This document shows positions 1 to 15,389 of a stretch of DNA of 64,000 bases, in pieces. Where the stretch lies: positions 96,658,001 to 96,722,000 of the forward strand of contig OX597815.1 of assembly GCA_951406725.2 (NCBI GenBank). The letters are read 5' to 3'. The position numbers and the translations under genes are program-made. This DNA is from Octopus vulgaris. Taxonomy: Eukaryota. The notes below the pieces were generated by a model that made no database searches, was not told where the DNA came from, and was given only the letters and a program-made list of their open reading frames with translations. The stretch's first letter is position 1; every line of letters starts with the position of its first letter.

Positions 1-679
1 TATGTTTGTGTGTGTGTGTCTGTCAGTAAGATCATATCTGTATGCGCATTATATTTTTTTATACATGCGTCTATATGCCACACTTTTATGCATACAGTAT
101 ACGTCTATGCGTATTGAATTTCACCAATAATATTCTTCCTACTCTACTATGTTTCATCTTGGAAATTGTTAGGTCAATGGGCATGAAAGAGAATAACATA
201 AAGTAAACTCTACATTTGCCAACTATGCTACATATAAAAAACACACACACACACACACACTTACAGTAAAAACAGCAACAAAACTTATACCCTATATTTT
301 GGCATTGCTTACTCTCTCTAGGTAATTGACATTATGTTTAATGTAGCCATAGAAACCTGAATTTTGGTGATGGCATCTAATTTCGTTCTATAAAGTGTGC
401 TATATTGAAGTTCACCTTTTAGAGAAGGAAATGCTTTTAACAGTGCCAAGGAATCCAACTAACCATGTATTTATATCACATGTCTGCAATCCGAATTTCC
501 TGGAAGTATTCCAACCAAGTTTAGTATCACACCGTAAACTCGTGTTAAATCATCTGGATTGCTGAATTCTCTTTCATTTTCCGCTTAATATAGACTTTTT
601 CTGCTTGCCAACAGTATGTGTATATTCAAATATTAATTTCATCATATAACGTATATGAAAGTATGCACCCCCGCGCACA

Positions 680-750
<71 letters not shown>

Positions 751-1075
751 TCATATCGCTCGCGCGCACTTATCTATGAACGTATGTACGCGTGTGTGTA
801 CGTATGAGTGCATGCTTGTATATGTGTGTGTATATATGTATATGTTTGTGTATATGTTTGTAGTTAGGTTTGAGTATACTTTATAACTGTTTTCTTTCGT
901 CATGAATTTAAGATGTCAGCAGAGTATAGAAGGACCTCAACGTTTTTGATGGGAAAGGCAAGTAGTTATGTAGTTTCACTTCAAATGTTATTCGTAAGTC
1001 GTAAGTGGTTAAATACATACATACATTCATACATACATACATACATACACATATATATGTATATATATATATATG

Positions 1076-1129
<54 letters not shown>

Positions 1130-2438
1130 CATACATACATACATATACAATTATATATATATATATGTTGGATTGGGTGTCTACGTATGATAGTCTAAGT
1201 TGTTAATCAGATACATATTCTTCTCATTATTTAAAGGTCGTTTCGTAATTCTCCAAAACAAATATTATATAATTTCTCATGAGGAGATATTATCAAATTG
1301 TGATGGATATTATCTACAATAAACCCTGGAAATAGATAACAGTTCAAAGGTATTATATTGTATAAGTATACATGCTATACCTAAGTTAGTTACAAGCTAA
1401 TGGCTGTGCATTTACATTTTGTCCACGTAGTACATTAAACATTTTATCCACTCTATGAAGATTAAATTATAAACTACATTTAGGCTGTTATAGAACTATT
1501 ATCTGGACTATGCTGTGCGAAACTCACTTTGTTAATCATAGAATTTAAAGGTATATTAGTATGCTTTTATTATATTAGAAGTAGAAAGAAACTGGGACAT
1601 TCAACCATGGTTGTTAAGAAATGTCATATGAATATATCTGTTTACGTATTTTCTGAATAGTGATCCCAGTTTCCTATAAGTAATTAATGAAACGTTTTTG
1701 AATAGTTGAGATATTTATCATGAAATGAGCATGCAAAATCTTGCAGAAATAGCGCTTGCTTTTCAATGATATACCAAGAAACATGGTCCACGTGACGGTA
1801 ACTAGATGTAACTAATAAAGCAGCATCAATCGTTAAGTGACCTGTAGGATGTTTCAGCTAGCTAATTACTGCTTCGTTATTGTGGCCTTATTGGTCACTT
1901 TTAGTAAACTCATAGATAACGAAACGAAGTATATAGAAAGTTCAAGGGAGATAAATCAACTTAATATCCTTAGCCACAGTAAAGTTTACTAATTAGATTA
2001 ATTGTTCCCAATAGAGGATGAACACACATATATATATATTTCTCACAAATTAAACTAAAATGGAAATTGGCGACAAAAACTTTTTCGTTCTTTGATGTAA
2101 GTTATTTCAGCCAATTGTAATGAATCGGTTTCGTAAATGGCTAATGTTAATATATGTTGTTCAAATGAATGATATCGGTACCTTCCACATGCAAAGTACT
2201 TGAAAGTATTCAATTGTTTTAACCTTAATTTTCACATAATTTCTAGTTACGTCAGAATGCAATAAAGAAAATGAAAATATAGAAATGAAGAAAATACATA
2301 TAACAATAGTCCAAGATTTTCGTGTAAACAAATGTTTCATACACTGATTGAAGTTTCAGTTCAAGCGCATCGCTTTAGACCACAAGCATTTATTGAAATA
2401 CATTCATACATTTGTATGTATACATGTACGTATATTTT

Positions 2439-2501
<63 letters not shown>

Positions 2502-2594
2502 GCATAAATATGTGTGTGTATGTACATATATATATATATATATATGTGTGTGCGTGTGTGTGTATATGTATATATGTATATATGTATAGCTATC

Positions 2595-2639
<45 letters not shown>

Positions 2640-2655
2640 TATGTGTATATATATA

Positions 2656-2987
<332 letters not shown>

Positions 2988-3347
2988 AGGTTTATAACAT
3001 ATATAGCTGCATCAGAAATTCACCTTGCAAGCAAACCTTTTGGGGTTTCGTTCTACATCACATTACATCAGGGAAATGTCACTGAGCGTACACGCATATA
3101 GTGGTTAATACTTTGTGACTGATATATGGCAGAAGACCATCATATATACATATATACATACAGGAGTCTATCTATCTATTTATCTCTCTATCTCTCTATG
3201 TCAATCACTCTCACTCGCTCTTTATCTATCTATACGCATACACTCACACAAAAATGCACACAAACACACACATAAAAACTCACACACACACAAAACACAC
3301 ACACACACACGCACACACATATATATATACATATATATACATTTATG

Positions 3348-3403
<56 letters not shown>

Positions 3404-3547
3404 TATATGCGTGCATATGTATGCGTGAGGAGGAAGATGTCTATACCTAAATGTGCCAATATAACTGAAGGTGAACAGGTAAATTTGCCTGATATACAGA
3501 ATAAGAGTGTCAGAACAAGCGCAAGTGTGGCTAGTAGCCAGTGGACT

Positions 3548-3684
<137 letters not shown>

Positions 3685-3701
3685 TATACATACACACACA
3701 C

Positions 3702-3770
<69 letters not shown>

Positions 3771-4059
3771 GCTTAGGTATTGCGATACAAACGAATGACC
3801 ACGAGTAAGAGTCAGTATGCATTATTGAATATTTGAGGCGTCAATAAAGTTGTAAGTTGTTATTCAAGGCACTCAAACTTTGTTGACAAATTCCTGTTTC
3901 CCTTCCGCTCGCATCATACCCTTTCGGAACATTTAGCCCATTGTGGGCGATCAGTTACGACGCCCCCTCCTCAACATTACCATGAATAACTACAAGCTGG
4001 CGGTAGTCACCTACCTCGTATCTACCATCCCTGATGACCTTTCTCTGGACCATGAAATT

Positions 4060-4477
4060 AGTAGACTAGTTGAATGAGCATGTCCCACATCTGCCAGTCT
4101 CGCGAAGAGAGTCTGAAAGAAATGAAAGCTGGTTGCAAACAAGATTACTGCTAATTAGGAGAGCATCCACTTTACACAATATTATAGCACTAAGTCATGT
4201 AGATGGTACTTCAGACAGGAGCCAGTCTCCTTCGTAATTTGAGACGCAACTTGAATATCAAATGTATAAAATGCTTCTTAAAGACCGATGTTATCAAGCG
4301 CGCAAAGAAACCTAGTATATTAACCCTGCTGCAGTAGTATCGTCTGCGATGGCTTGGTAAGTATATCGCATGTCAGATGGGAGGATCCCAAACGACCTCT
4401 TGTATGGGATGTTGGCCAACAGCACGATAGCACGAGGTCGATCTCTTTGGTTTAATGACATCTTCAAAAGCGATATA
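4060..4477 (+). mobile_element. Decayed RTE-clade LINE, 3' end of ORF2
   Basis: Translates RLRWLG...RMSDGRIPNDLLYGMLANSTIARGRSLWFNDIFKSD, typical of the RTE ORF2 C-terminus. Stops and frameshifts are present. Confidence 0.75.
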
Positions 4478-4607
4478 ATGTATATATATGTATGTATATG
4501 TATGTGTGTGTGTGTATACATACACACATTATATACCTGTATACGTATATATAACTAGGTATCTATATCTGTCCTTTCTCTCTTTGTCTCTCTCTCTCTT
4601 TCTGCCT

Positions 4608-4651
<44 letters not shown>

Positions 4652-5800
4652 CTGAACGGCTTTCATTTTACATTTATTATTTCATGAAGTTTGAGAAATA
4701 AATAGCAGTCCAAGTAGAGTAGTTTATATAATCAGCTAAAAGTCTTGAATATAGAACTCCAGTATGATGATCACTGCCTATGTCTAAAACCATTGATAAA
4801 CAAAAGATAAAAGAATGGAATGTGTTCAGACGCTTGAATCGATATCGATGTTTTAGAGTATTTATTCTCTTGATACAAGTATAATGTGATGTACGAATGA
4901 TGTACTTAATAACGATAAGGATCTTTATTCTCATCATTAGTCTTCCTTTATGTTTTCTCAGATACTTACCCGACATTGTAGTTTCCTACTTCGTATTTTG
5001 GAACAATCGACCCATTAAAAATAGCAGCCAAGATTTTTGTAAAATACATCTACCAAATTTGTAAACGATAACACACCGTCATTAAAATAACCTAAGATAT
5101 AATTAATATGTGATGGTCACGGTTGAACCGTTTTTGATAACAGACCTGATGAATATGTGCTAATCTGACGCTAGATATAAGTAACGCATTTCTTTCTATA
5201 GAATTGTCTTTGTCTGCTGTTTTTGCCAGTACCCCATTTATCATGCCACAGTTTACAATTCACTTCATGAAGAATTTTTCTTGCAACATAACCTTAACAA
5301 GACATCTGTACTAACCAAATGAACTAGATTGTAATGCATTGATCGCCAATTTTGCGTTTTCCTTTATTCATAACTTATGAGATCTAACGCAAAATCAAGA
5401 TTTTACTTCGGATACACCACAGGTCATTCATTTGATTAATCACAAATCAAGTGCTGCAGTTTCATCATCTGAACACAGCTATCTTTTGTACATAACATGC
5501 AATAATACTCTGCTATCATATGCATCATACAGCTTTCCCACCTGCATGGTTGTCTGATTTTAAATCACTTCTGTCTTCTTAACACGCAAATAGTCTAAAC
5601 GTGTGTCATTGAATTATAACCATCTCTTCCACTATCATCGATTATCTAGTTTAAATATCAAAACTGGCATACTACATCTAAGTATATTTCCTCGAAGAGC
5701 ACGTTGGTGCAACAAGATTACGTGTATTGTCTTTATATACTTTCATGCATACACACACACACAGATACATGCCTATATATGTATGTGTATGAATGTTTCT

Positions 5801-5859
<59 letters not shown>

Positions 5860-6469
5860 CGCGTGTGTATGTATATATGTATGTGAGCGTGTCTCTGAAT
5901 GTGTGTATATAAATATACACACACATATATATGTTAGCATTACATAATGAAAATACACAGAATGTATTGCTGCTATATTCAGACTTTAATACAAGTTGCA
6001 AAAGACAGAGTTAAAATGGCAGATGATTAAATTGAATCCGATATAGAAAATTCATTATGTGAGACATGAAAACAGCAGATAGTTGAAAAGAAAATTTAAT
6101 TAAGTAAAAATAATCATAGAATTGAAACTTTCTCGTTTGTGAATCTAAACGAATTATTACATACACACGATCTTATACAAATACACATAGACGATGAGAG
6201 CAAATACACTGAAGCATTTGCCCGAAAGCAAATGAGAGATGTAAATAGGTGGATGAGAGAGTAAGAAAATCTGAATATAGCTTGATGTTTTTACACTTGA
6301 CAAATATATGTGAATAATTAGTGTACTTAAACTGAAAAACGCCGGTATACAAAAGACAAAAATTTCATACTGGCGTATATTTATTTATGCTTACTTTTGT
6401 TTTCTTAATGTCTAAATGTTCCCTTCGAGAAAAAGCGGATATCTATTAAACTGGAATTTATAAACAAAA

Positions 6470-7204
6470 GGATATATTTACTCCACCGTATACCTTTATA
6501 TATTCTATTAGTGAAATGTGTTTTAGTAGGTTATTTCCTTTGTAAAAATTTTAGTTTTTGTTATATTTTGAGCCTGTCCAATGTAGATTTGGTGTAAATG
6601 TGATATTTAGGGGCGAGCTGCAAGTGTTAAAGCAAATGTCCATATATAATATTTGACAGATGTATTCAGATATGGAAAGCGACGTACCTGTGAGTCAGTA
6701 GATAAATATTCTTTTAAAAATAAATATATCAGGCTTGTTGAAATTCCACTTGACAAAAATTTTGATGGAAAACTTCCAACAACTTTTGCGGGGTTGATAT
6801 GAATGTATTTATTAAAAAAAAGACAGTTTCGATTTTTTCTCTATAAATATTTCTGTAGATGCTATTATAGATTAATTTGGAAACATCATCCTCTGATTTG
6901 TAAATTTACAATGTTGGGACTCTGCTATTCTCATTTATAATAACTTCCAAAGAAGCTTAAGAAAATTGATATTTTACGTATTGAGATAAACCTGTTTCAT
7001 GTTCAACTTTAGGAAAATATTGGATCTCTTTACATCTCCGCATATTTTTACAGAATATATAAGTGAACTGTGTTTTAGCAAGTTATTTCCGTCGTAAAAA
7101 GTTCTAGGCTTTTGTTTCTTTTTTAGCATGTCCAATGTACATTAGTGTTAATGTGATGTTTAGTGGAGAGCTGCATGTGCTAAAGCAATTGACAATTATA
7201 TAAT
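6470..7204. repeat. Diverged ~180 bp direct repeat (about 6470-6650 and 7022-7204)
   Basis: Shared blocks TGTGTTTTAG..GTTATTTCC, TGTCCAATGTA and GAGCTGCA.GTG.TAAAGCAA, spaced about 553 bp apart. Confidence 0.75.
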
Positions 7205-7330
7205 CTTTGTTCTATCTTAATTTGTATTGTTGATATTGTCTGCTATTGGTTCCCTATGCACCACCAGTAGCAGTGGCAGCAGCAGCAGCATCAACGACAA
7301 TGACTACAATAACAACAATAAAATAATCAC

Positions 7331-7530
7331 TTTTATTATAGGCACAAGTCCTGGATTTTGTGGGTAGAGAGAATTGACTCCAGTACTCAATTGGTTCATA
7401 ATTTATCGATCCCGCAAGAATTAAAGGTACAATCGATCTCGGTGGAAGTTGAATTCACAACGTAGCGACGGACGAAATACCGTTAAGCATTATACCTGGC
7501 ATGTTAACAATTCTGCCAGCTCACCACCTA
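7331..7530 (-). mobile_element. SINE family B (tRNA-like head), decayed
   Basis: Matches the 61383-61604 copy (ACGAAATAC...TAAC.ATTCTGCCAGCTC.C..CC). Confidence 0.75.
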
Positions 7531-7531
7531 A

Positions 7532-7595
7532 AATAATAATAATAATAACGATAATAATAATAATGATGATAATAATAATGATAATAATAATAATG

Positions 7596-7642
<47 letters not shown>

Positions 7643-7657
7643 CACAATGATAATAAT

Positions 7658-7692
<35 letters not shown>

Positions 7693-7756
7693 GACTAATA
7701 AGAATAATAATGGTGATGATGATGATAATGATAATAATAATAGTAACAATAATGAT

Positions 7757-7844
<88 letters not shown>

Positions 7845-7864
7845 TTAATAATAATAATAATAAT
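7532..7864. repeat. Compound (TAA)n/(TGA)n/(CAA)n microsatellite
   Basis: Seen directly in the sequence; it is the source of the poly-I/T/L ORFs. Confidence 0.97.
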
Positions 7865-7957
7865 TTCCATTGGTCACTTTGCAACAAATATGGACTTGAC
7901 AGAGCAAAAAATTGGTATGACCACAAACCTGAAGGCATCGTCGAAAATACAAAAGCT
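7865..7957 (+). mobile_element. Short Dong/R4 retrotransposon fragment directly after (TAA)n
   Basis: HWSLCNKYGLDRAK..YDHKPEGIVEN, homologous to the reverse complement of 62066-62150. Confidence 0.75.
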
Positions 7958-8149
7958 ATACTTTATGTTCATATTGTCATCATCCCCAAATTTACTCCAA
8001 AATATGCTTGCATAACCATTTTAAGGTATGTGAAGTGATTTTTTACGAAGTCTCCATTAAAATATGTTAGTTACTCAATTCTTGGATTGATACGTTTAAA
8101 GAGTTTCTCGTAGACAGTCATAGGATACTATTCTCTTCACTTTTGATCA

Positions 8150-8770
8150 TAAGCTTGATGCAAATATTTCTACTGTTGTTGTGTAGTAGATGATACCAAG
8201 GTGATACCAGGTAATATTAAAATGCAATCGTTTCGTGCGTTTGTATTTATGCATGCAAGTATGGTACGAAGATCCTTGTTGACTTCCTGTATTTAAGTTC
8301 ATCATCAGAACAATCTTATTGTAGAAGATATTTCCCTGAGGTTCGTCTGTATTATATCGAACTCCGAGACATATAGTTTTCGACTTAGACATTAATATCT
8401 TGATGGACACAGAAAGAACTTTCAGCCGGTCAAATTTCACTCCAACTTCTGGAATTCATCAGATATGCATATTATCGTTAAATATCAAAAATACATACTA
8501 CTGTAAACTCAGCATACTTAAAATTTTAACTAATAATTGATTACACGATTTGTATTCTCTAATATATTTCAGCAGTAAATTTGATTCATATATTATTTCT
8601 TGTGAAACTGAATTTTATGTCAATGCTATACTTACGCATGTATCTGAAAACATCGTAATGCAAATTGAATATATATGGGTTGAACGCATCGTTTTCTCTC
8701 CAGGAAGAGAGAATAGCTTGAACATGAACTCGCTAGTAAAACATCTTCATGGACTGAGAATTATAGTGTC
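8150..8770 (+). mobile_element. Possible very old CR1/L2-like LINE RT remnant
   Basis: GTAGATGATACCAAG gives VDDTK (ADDTK-like), with downstream FSPGRE/KHLHGL resembling a CR1 C-terminus. Heavily decayed. Confidence 0.3.
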
Positions 8771-8860
8771 ACACGAATTTCTTTAAATCCTTTATTTAGA
8801 TTCCATTAGAAACAAAGTATGCACCGTAATTGTTAACAGATATACTACTTATACATCGAT

Positions 8861-9075
8861 AATTGGTTTCAAATTTTGGCACTACGTCAGCGATTTCGGG
8901 CATTGGGGGTAACTCGATTACATCATCCCCAGTGTTCAACTGGTACTTATTTTATTGCCCAGGAAAGGAGGGAAGTCAAAGTCGATTTTGGACAGAATTT
9001 GAACTCAGAAGGGAAGACAGATGAAATACAACTAAAAATTTTCCCTCCTGTGCTAACGATTCTGGCAAATCATCA
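8861..9075 (-). mobile_element. SINE family B, decayed
   Basis: CTGGTACTTATTTTAT...AAAGTCGA...GAATTTGAACTCAGAA...GCTAACGATTCTG, shared with the other copies. Confidence 0.75.
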
Positions 9076-10713
9076 CTGTGTGAACATCACGTAGCCCTAC
9101 ACTGTGTTGTCCAAATATTTATTTGAAATACTCAAGGTGCAAAATAGATTGAAAACGAAACTCAATTAAACCACTATTATCATATGAATATAGCAATATA
9201 CATATATATAGATATATACTGATGGCAATATATATGCGTACATAAATGTCGAGCAATAAGAATGAATGCTCAACACTGCGTGGGTGGATAGATATTCTTT
9301 ATTTGTGTATTAAGCCTACCATTGGTCTCACGTTAGGAACGTACCTTAAATTGAAACTAATGATAGCGTTAATACATTAATAATGTATACACACACACTC
9401 TCTCTCTCTCATATACATATTTTCATATATTTAAATTGCAATGAATGTGTCTGAATTTTATATGGCGTTACCAAAATAACACATGCATATGATGATGTGG
9501 AAAAACTATAATTGTAGACAGAAATGTATTAATGTATAAAAACAATATGCTCACACGTATGCAACTTTTTATAAATCATGTGTTTATCTTTTCACAGTAA
9601 TTGCATATCCCTTTACGGGCACTATCTAACCGTAAAATAATATGGCAACATTTATAAATTTTGTGCGAAAGATGATATTAACGGAAACAATATATTTTAA
9701 TAGTCAAAGGTAGGATTTAGCTGAAGTATCTATACGAATCTATTTATCCATTTGTGAAAGTATAGCTTCCCTCTCCAAATCAGATTAAATTGAGTAAAAT
9801 GGTTGCTATGTAACATGATGAGATATGATTTATTCATATTGCGGTAAAGCATCCAAAGAGTTCGTCATGTGTGCTAAAAGATACGAAGCAATTATTATAG
9901 CCATCATTTCTTCATATGATCGAATTCAAAAATAGTGGGAAACCTTTGGAATGCTCAATGGTGAATGCAAACATGAGTCGGTCCAAACATATCTCCAAGC
10001 AACACACGCAGAGCGAGAGATAGAAAATACGCGAATATTATCTCCTCTCATGAAAAAAATTCAGTATCGTATATATGTCTATCAATCAGACGTATGGACT
10101 CACGAAAGAGGGTACCTCTAAGAGGTGAATTGACTGACTAAAAATACCACCAAGAAATATTTCAAGTAACTTCTCATTCTTAAAAGGAACATGACAACTG
10201 TTAGTGAAGTATCAGATTTATTAGGAACAAGGGACGAAATCTCCGTTATTGATGTTTTTAAATTAGCATTAGCTTTAAATATGACAGCAACATAGACATA
10301 TATAGATGATTGGGCGGCGAACTACATACATAGATTAAGGGCTGAATAGAAAGGACACAAGAGGAAAAATTAGACGTAAACACAGCAAGAGAAGAAACAA
10401 AAACGCAATATACAGAAAATTAGAGGAAACCTTAACAAACGGGAATGTGGACACAAAAAACAAGATACAACGAATATTTACAGCTGATTAATATATATAT
10501 CATCCACACACATCCTTGCACACTAACATATCAGTTGTATGGTATCTATTTACAAAGGTGATGCACATCTTCCTTTCGGTTTTATGTTGGTTGTCCTGCC
10601 AACGCGGACGAATAGAGATCAAGAATGTGTTTCAATCGGTCGTCACACGTATGCAAGGACGAATCTATTCAGAAGCCAAAGGCATATCCAACTGTCGTGG
10701 CTTGGGTTACGAG

Positions 10714-11170
10714 TGTAGGGGATGATGGAGTCTAGTTGGTGCGCCAGTTGATCAAGCGAATCATTACTGTGCAGTAGTTTCGTATTGAACCAGCTTGTAA
10801 CCGAGAGTTCGGAGAGTCTAAAGAATAAACAGCAGCTAACGCGGCTGCAAGTGACGTGTGTGTGTGTGTGTGTGTTAGGGGGAGTGCCGATATACAGGTG
10901 GAGTTCCGAACTTAGCCATTCCCATGTGTGATTCTTTAGTACACCGGGATGATCCAACGAAGTTGTGGGCCCTACATTTACGATCTAACCAGGAAATTCG
11001 TACCCGGGTCTCATGTCGAAGGAGAGGAGGATGTATTCATTCGGTTTCTTCGACTTAACGAATTTCGTCCATTTCAGATGACCCATTATGGAAGGACCAA
11101 TATGTCACCGTTGCATCATGCAGAGATGGCTGCAACCACGGATGGAAGTTCTCTTACCTTGACGAGGTAG
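10714..11170 (+). mobile_element. Possible LTR plus primer-binding site and start of an internal region (LTR retrotransposon relic)
   Basis: GC-richer island. TGTA(10714)...AATAAA(10824)...TACA(10896) is followed by GGTGGAG, PBS-like (cf. TGGTGGAG). No second LTR and no recognisable gag. Confidence 0.3.
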
Positions 11171-11315
11171 CGCCTTATAAGAGTCTACTTTCACAACTAA
11201 TGCAAATTTCTACTTTAATAATCCATTCAATAGAAACATCAAGTACTTACATATTCACACATGCAGACAAATATGCACACACGCGCGCGCACTCATATCT
11301 CTATAGTTAAAAGGG

Positions 11316-11355
<40 letters not shown>

Positions 11356-11849
11356 TCATACACACTCCTTTATATATTTAATCGCATATATGTATGTATA
11401 TGTCTGTAAGCATGTGTACAATAGTTATGCGTGTACAAATGCTTATAAATGGCTTCTACTGCTTGCTTGCGTGTGAACAAATACATGACTTGTTGGCAAG
11501 TAAACGCTTCCAGAATCTTGACATCTTAGTGTGAATGTATATATTTCTGATCATTAAACAAGTGAATGCAGTATTCAAACACAACTGTAAACATAGTCAT
11601 ACACATAATTTTAAGAGAGAATATTTCGAGGTAAAAGAAAAATCAATAAGACAAATGAAAGAACATGAGCTGATGACATGAATATCCGCTGTGTTCAGCT
11701 TACGTGAGTAGGTGTCTATATCAGTGCGCGTGCTTCTCTAATTCGTTCTCTTATCTCAACTTTAGTGAATATAAAAATGTATAAAACAGGTGACAATGTA
11801 TGCCGGTATGAGTATATAACAGTGTGTGTGTATATGTCTGTATAAATAA

Positions 11850-11944
<95 letters not shown>

Positions 11945-13178
11945 GATGCGTATGTGTGTGCGTGCATATATATATATATATATGCATATATATATGTGCA
12001 TATATATATATACACAAATGCATATACTAATGTATGGGCGTGTTAGTGTTGATGTGTACAAATGTGTATGAATGGTATGCATGAAATTCTAACTTGGATT
12101 CTGAGAGAAAATTTAAAATTTTCCCATTTACAGTTTTTGCATAATTTCGAAGAGTTCACAAGTCCATTTACGTTAGAACTCTTTAACCTCACAATTTGAA
12201 TGAAATTATAATGGCCTTGTGTAACTGCTGCATTTCGCAATGGAGAAATAACGTTCAAAATCACAACATATTCATTGCGAAATATAAAATTATTTAGCAG
12301 AGAACTTATTCTTACTTTCAGAGATAATTTCACATGTACCGTATTTCTGTTTTGATTTTTGTGCTGTTTTTACAACAATTCTTTATCTAGTTATTATACT
12401 GATATTTGTGTGGTGAATTATATATACGTAAGTTTGTGTACATGCTTATTAAGTATTTTCTCTCTAATTTTGATTCTGACATTGTATATAAAGCTTATCA
12501 ACTAAATATTCTCTCTAGTATTGATACTGGTACTGTATTAAAATATGCAAAAATGGTTTTATGTAAATAATTGACTGTTCAAAGAGAAGTCGTACATGTG
12601 CGGCCTGTATAATATTCTATATTATGAAATTTGCATTTTTCATGTTTGCAATAAAATATGTGTATTTGTATTACATTAGTTGCCTATAATAGACTGCGCG
12701 GCTTACTTCTTTTTGACTTCAACCATGGTGGCAATATTTGTTTTCATTTTAGTCGTTTAAAATTTTCTAACTATTCATTTGTTTTATGTTTCTTACATTT
12801 GGTATATTTTAATAATTACATTTAATTTTATAAATGATAAGCGAACGGTTCGGTTACTTTTGGTGTATGACATATCACGAGAATCAGTGTCTTTGCTAGG
12901 GTTTCAGCCAATTGCTTCACAGCAAACGTCAACTCATATGCTATCGGTTTCCACATGATATGAGTATACATTAAGTGACTGCGTGCGGGAATGCACTATT
13001 CCTAAGCAACGTCCTTTCAATATGGCTAAAACAGCTTGACTGCAGATGAGTTTAAAACTATTGTCATAATAAAAATATAAATAGCAATCTCCCGCTAAAT
13101 ATAATTCAACTGATATTAGTCCACTTGAAACGGTCACAAAATGGATTTCCAGAAACGTTAACAGGGGATGTGTACTGA

Positions 13179-13379
13179 CTGAACAGTACGGTGAGATATG
13201 TAGTGCAGAATTATTATGCCACTGTATCCATTTTGTACATTCAGGAATCTCTATTATTGTTCACAGTTGCCCGAAAGTTGCCTGAACTGTACGGTGAGAT
13301 ATGTAGTGCAGAATTATTATCCCACTGAATCCATTTTGTACATTCAGGCATCTCTGTTATTGTTCACAGTTGCCCGAAA
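13179..13379. repeat. Tandem duplication, period about 103 bp, 2 copies
   Basis: CTGAAC.GTACGGTGAGATATGTAGTGCAGAATTATTAT...TTGTTCACAGTTGCCCGAAA occurs twice with few mismatches. Confidence 0.92.
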
Positions 13380-13944
13380 ATTGAGGGTCATGAAACTTAG
13401 GCTAGTCGTCTTGATTATGCAAGCTCAATCAATAAAACGCTGGGTCTCTTGGAAACATAAACGGATGAGTAATTATTTAGCGTTTACGTATGAAAAGTGA
13501 ATATTCGACAATGAAATAACGATATCTATGCAAAATGTTAACTTAAAGAATACGCGGCAAGTATTTTATAGGCAAGAGTGATCATGTTTATCTGGACCAT
13601 CCAAGCTCGACGTCATTTTGGAGAAAGAGTCTTAGTCATTTCGGCAGCAAAGAACTGAAAGCAAGTATGAATGGATATGTGCTAGTATTTTCTGAAAACA
13701 ATATGCCATGGTTATAATGATAATTAGGGGAATATTTAAACAAAAACAAAGCAATGTTAACAAATTTATCAGATTCCTGTATAACTCCTGCTATACACAT
13801 ATATGCCCATGAATATACAGTAACGTAAACACAAAATATATTAGGAGCCGCATTTCCTGCTTTCACTCTCTTCATCTGTGTATGTATATATATGTATATA
13901 TATATATATATATATACACACACAGACACGCACACACTCAACGC

Positions 13945-13999
<55 letters not shown>

Positions 14000-14248
14000 A
14001 AAAAGGAGAAAGAAGAAAAAGAAAGAGAGTATGAAAGAAGAACGAGAGAAAGAATCTTAAATCTAGGGCCTAGATGCTAGTCAATACAAGTTTGTAGTTC
14101 TCTGAAGCAAGATATTGAGATATTTCATCACAGAAAGGTATACATATCAATATCAACATCTATATACATGCATACATACATATATATATAAATATATGTA
14201 TATATATATATATATAAATATATGTATATATATATATATAAATATATG

Positions 14249-14310
<62 letters not shown>

Positions 14311-14456
14311 CCATATTCTCGCGGGGGCGCACACGCACAGAACACAGATGTACACGCTGACATAGATGCACCTTGCACACGGGCATACTCAACACAGGCA
14401 CATTTATATGTGTATGTGTTTGCATGTATAATACACATACCCTCTTTGTCTCTGTA

Positions 14457-14536
<80 letters not shown>

Positions 14537-15389
14537 ATAAGTGTGTATGTACACACACACACACGTATATATACATATAAACACATGAAGAAAATGAGAG
14601 CGTAAAATATAGTCTATAAGACATTTTTTGTAATCACTTTTGTATATACGTATATATGCATGAGATTGGCACAGATTTTCTCTCAAAGATTCTATATTGC
14701 AGATAAGAACATGATAGACTGTAATGTTTTATTAAAGATTTTTAGCATATCCTTTCTTTATGTTCACTTTGAAACAATAACGGTTCTAAATCAATTAACC
14801 TTTGAAGACAGTCTCGCCCAGATTTTCAATATATTTTCGATATGAGATTATATACACATACGTATAGAGGACATACGCACATTCTCATGCACGCACATAT
14901 ACACATATCCAAACACATACACACACATATATCACACGCATACACACACATATACACACACATATAGCCCTATATCGTATCTGCCCTATCCCAACGAGTA
15001 ACATTTTATAGCTGAATTTACCATTTCCTGACCCATGCTTTGCTTATATATTTTTTTGTGCCATTGCGGTGGGAAACATAGAGACATCCATAATCTCTAA
15101 GTCAACTTTCTTGTGGAATATTAAAGGTGGCAGATGTGGGGAAAGCTGCGTCAGTAAAACACGTAATCTGCATGTATTATCACAAAAATGATAAAGGTTA
15201 TGGACGGAATTTGTAGCTCAAAGTAGGTTTAAACGCTTCATTAAGTCTATGGGTTCTCGTATTAGTGCTGTTAGTTACCCACTATTATCCCTAATGCGTT
15301 GGCTTACGTGCAGGTAGTGATCGCTTCTCTACATGCATATATAATATATATTAATCATACGGCGGTCTAGCGGTCTGGTGGTCTGAAAA

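Noticed and set aside
3033-3071. Minus-strand CTGATG...GAAACC-CCAAAA-GGTT hammerhead-like motif
   Set aside because: The core is incomplete (CTGATGT), and stems I and II cannot form.
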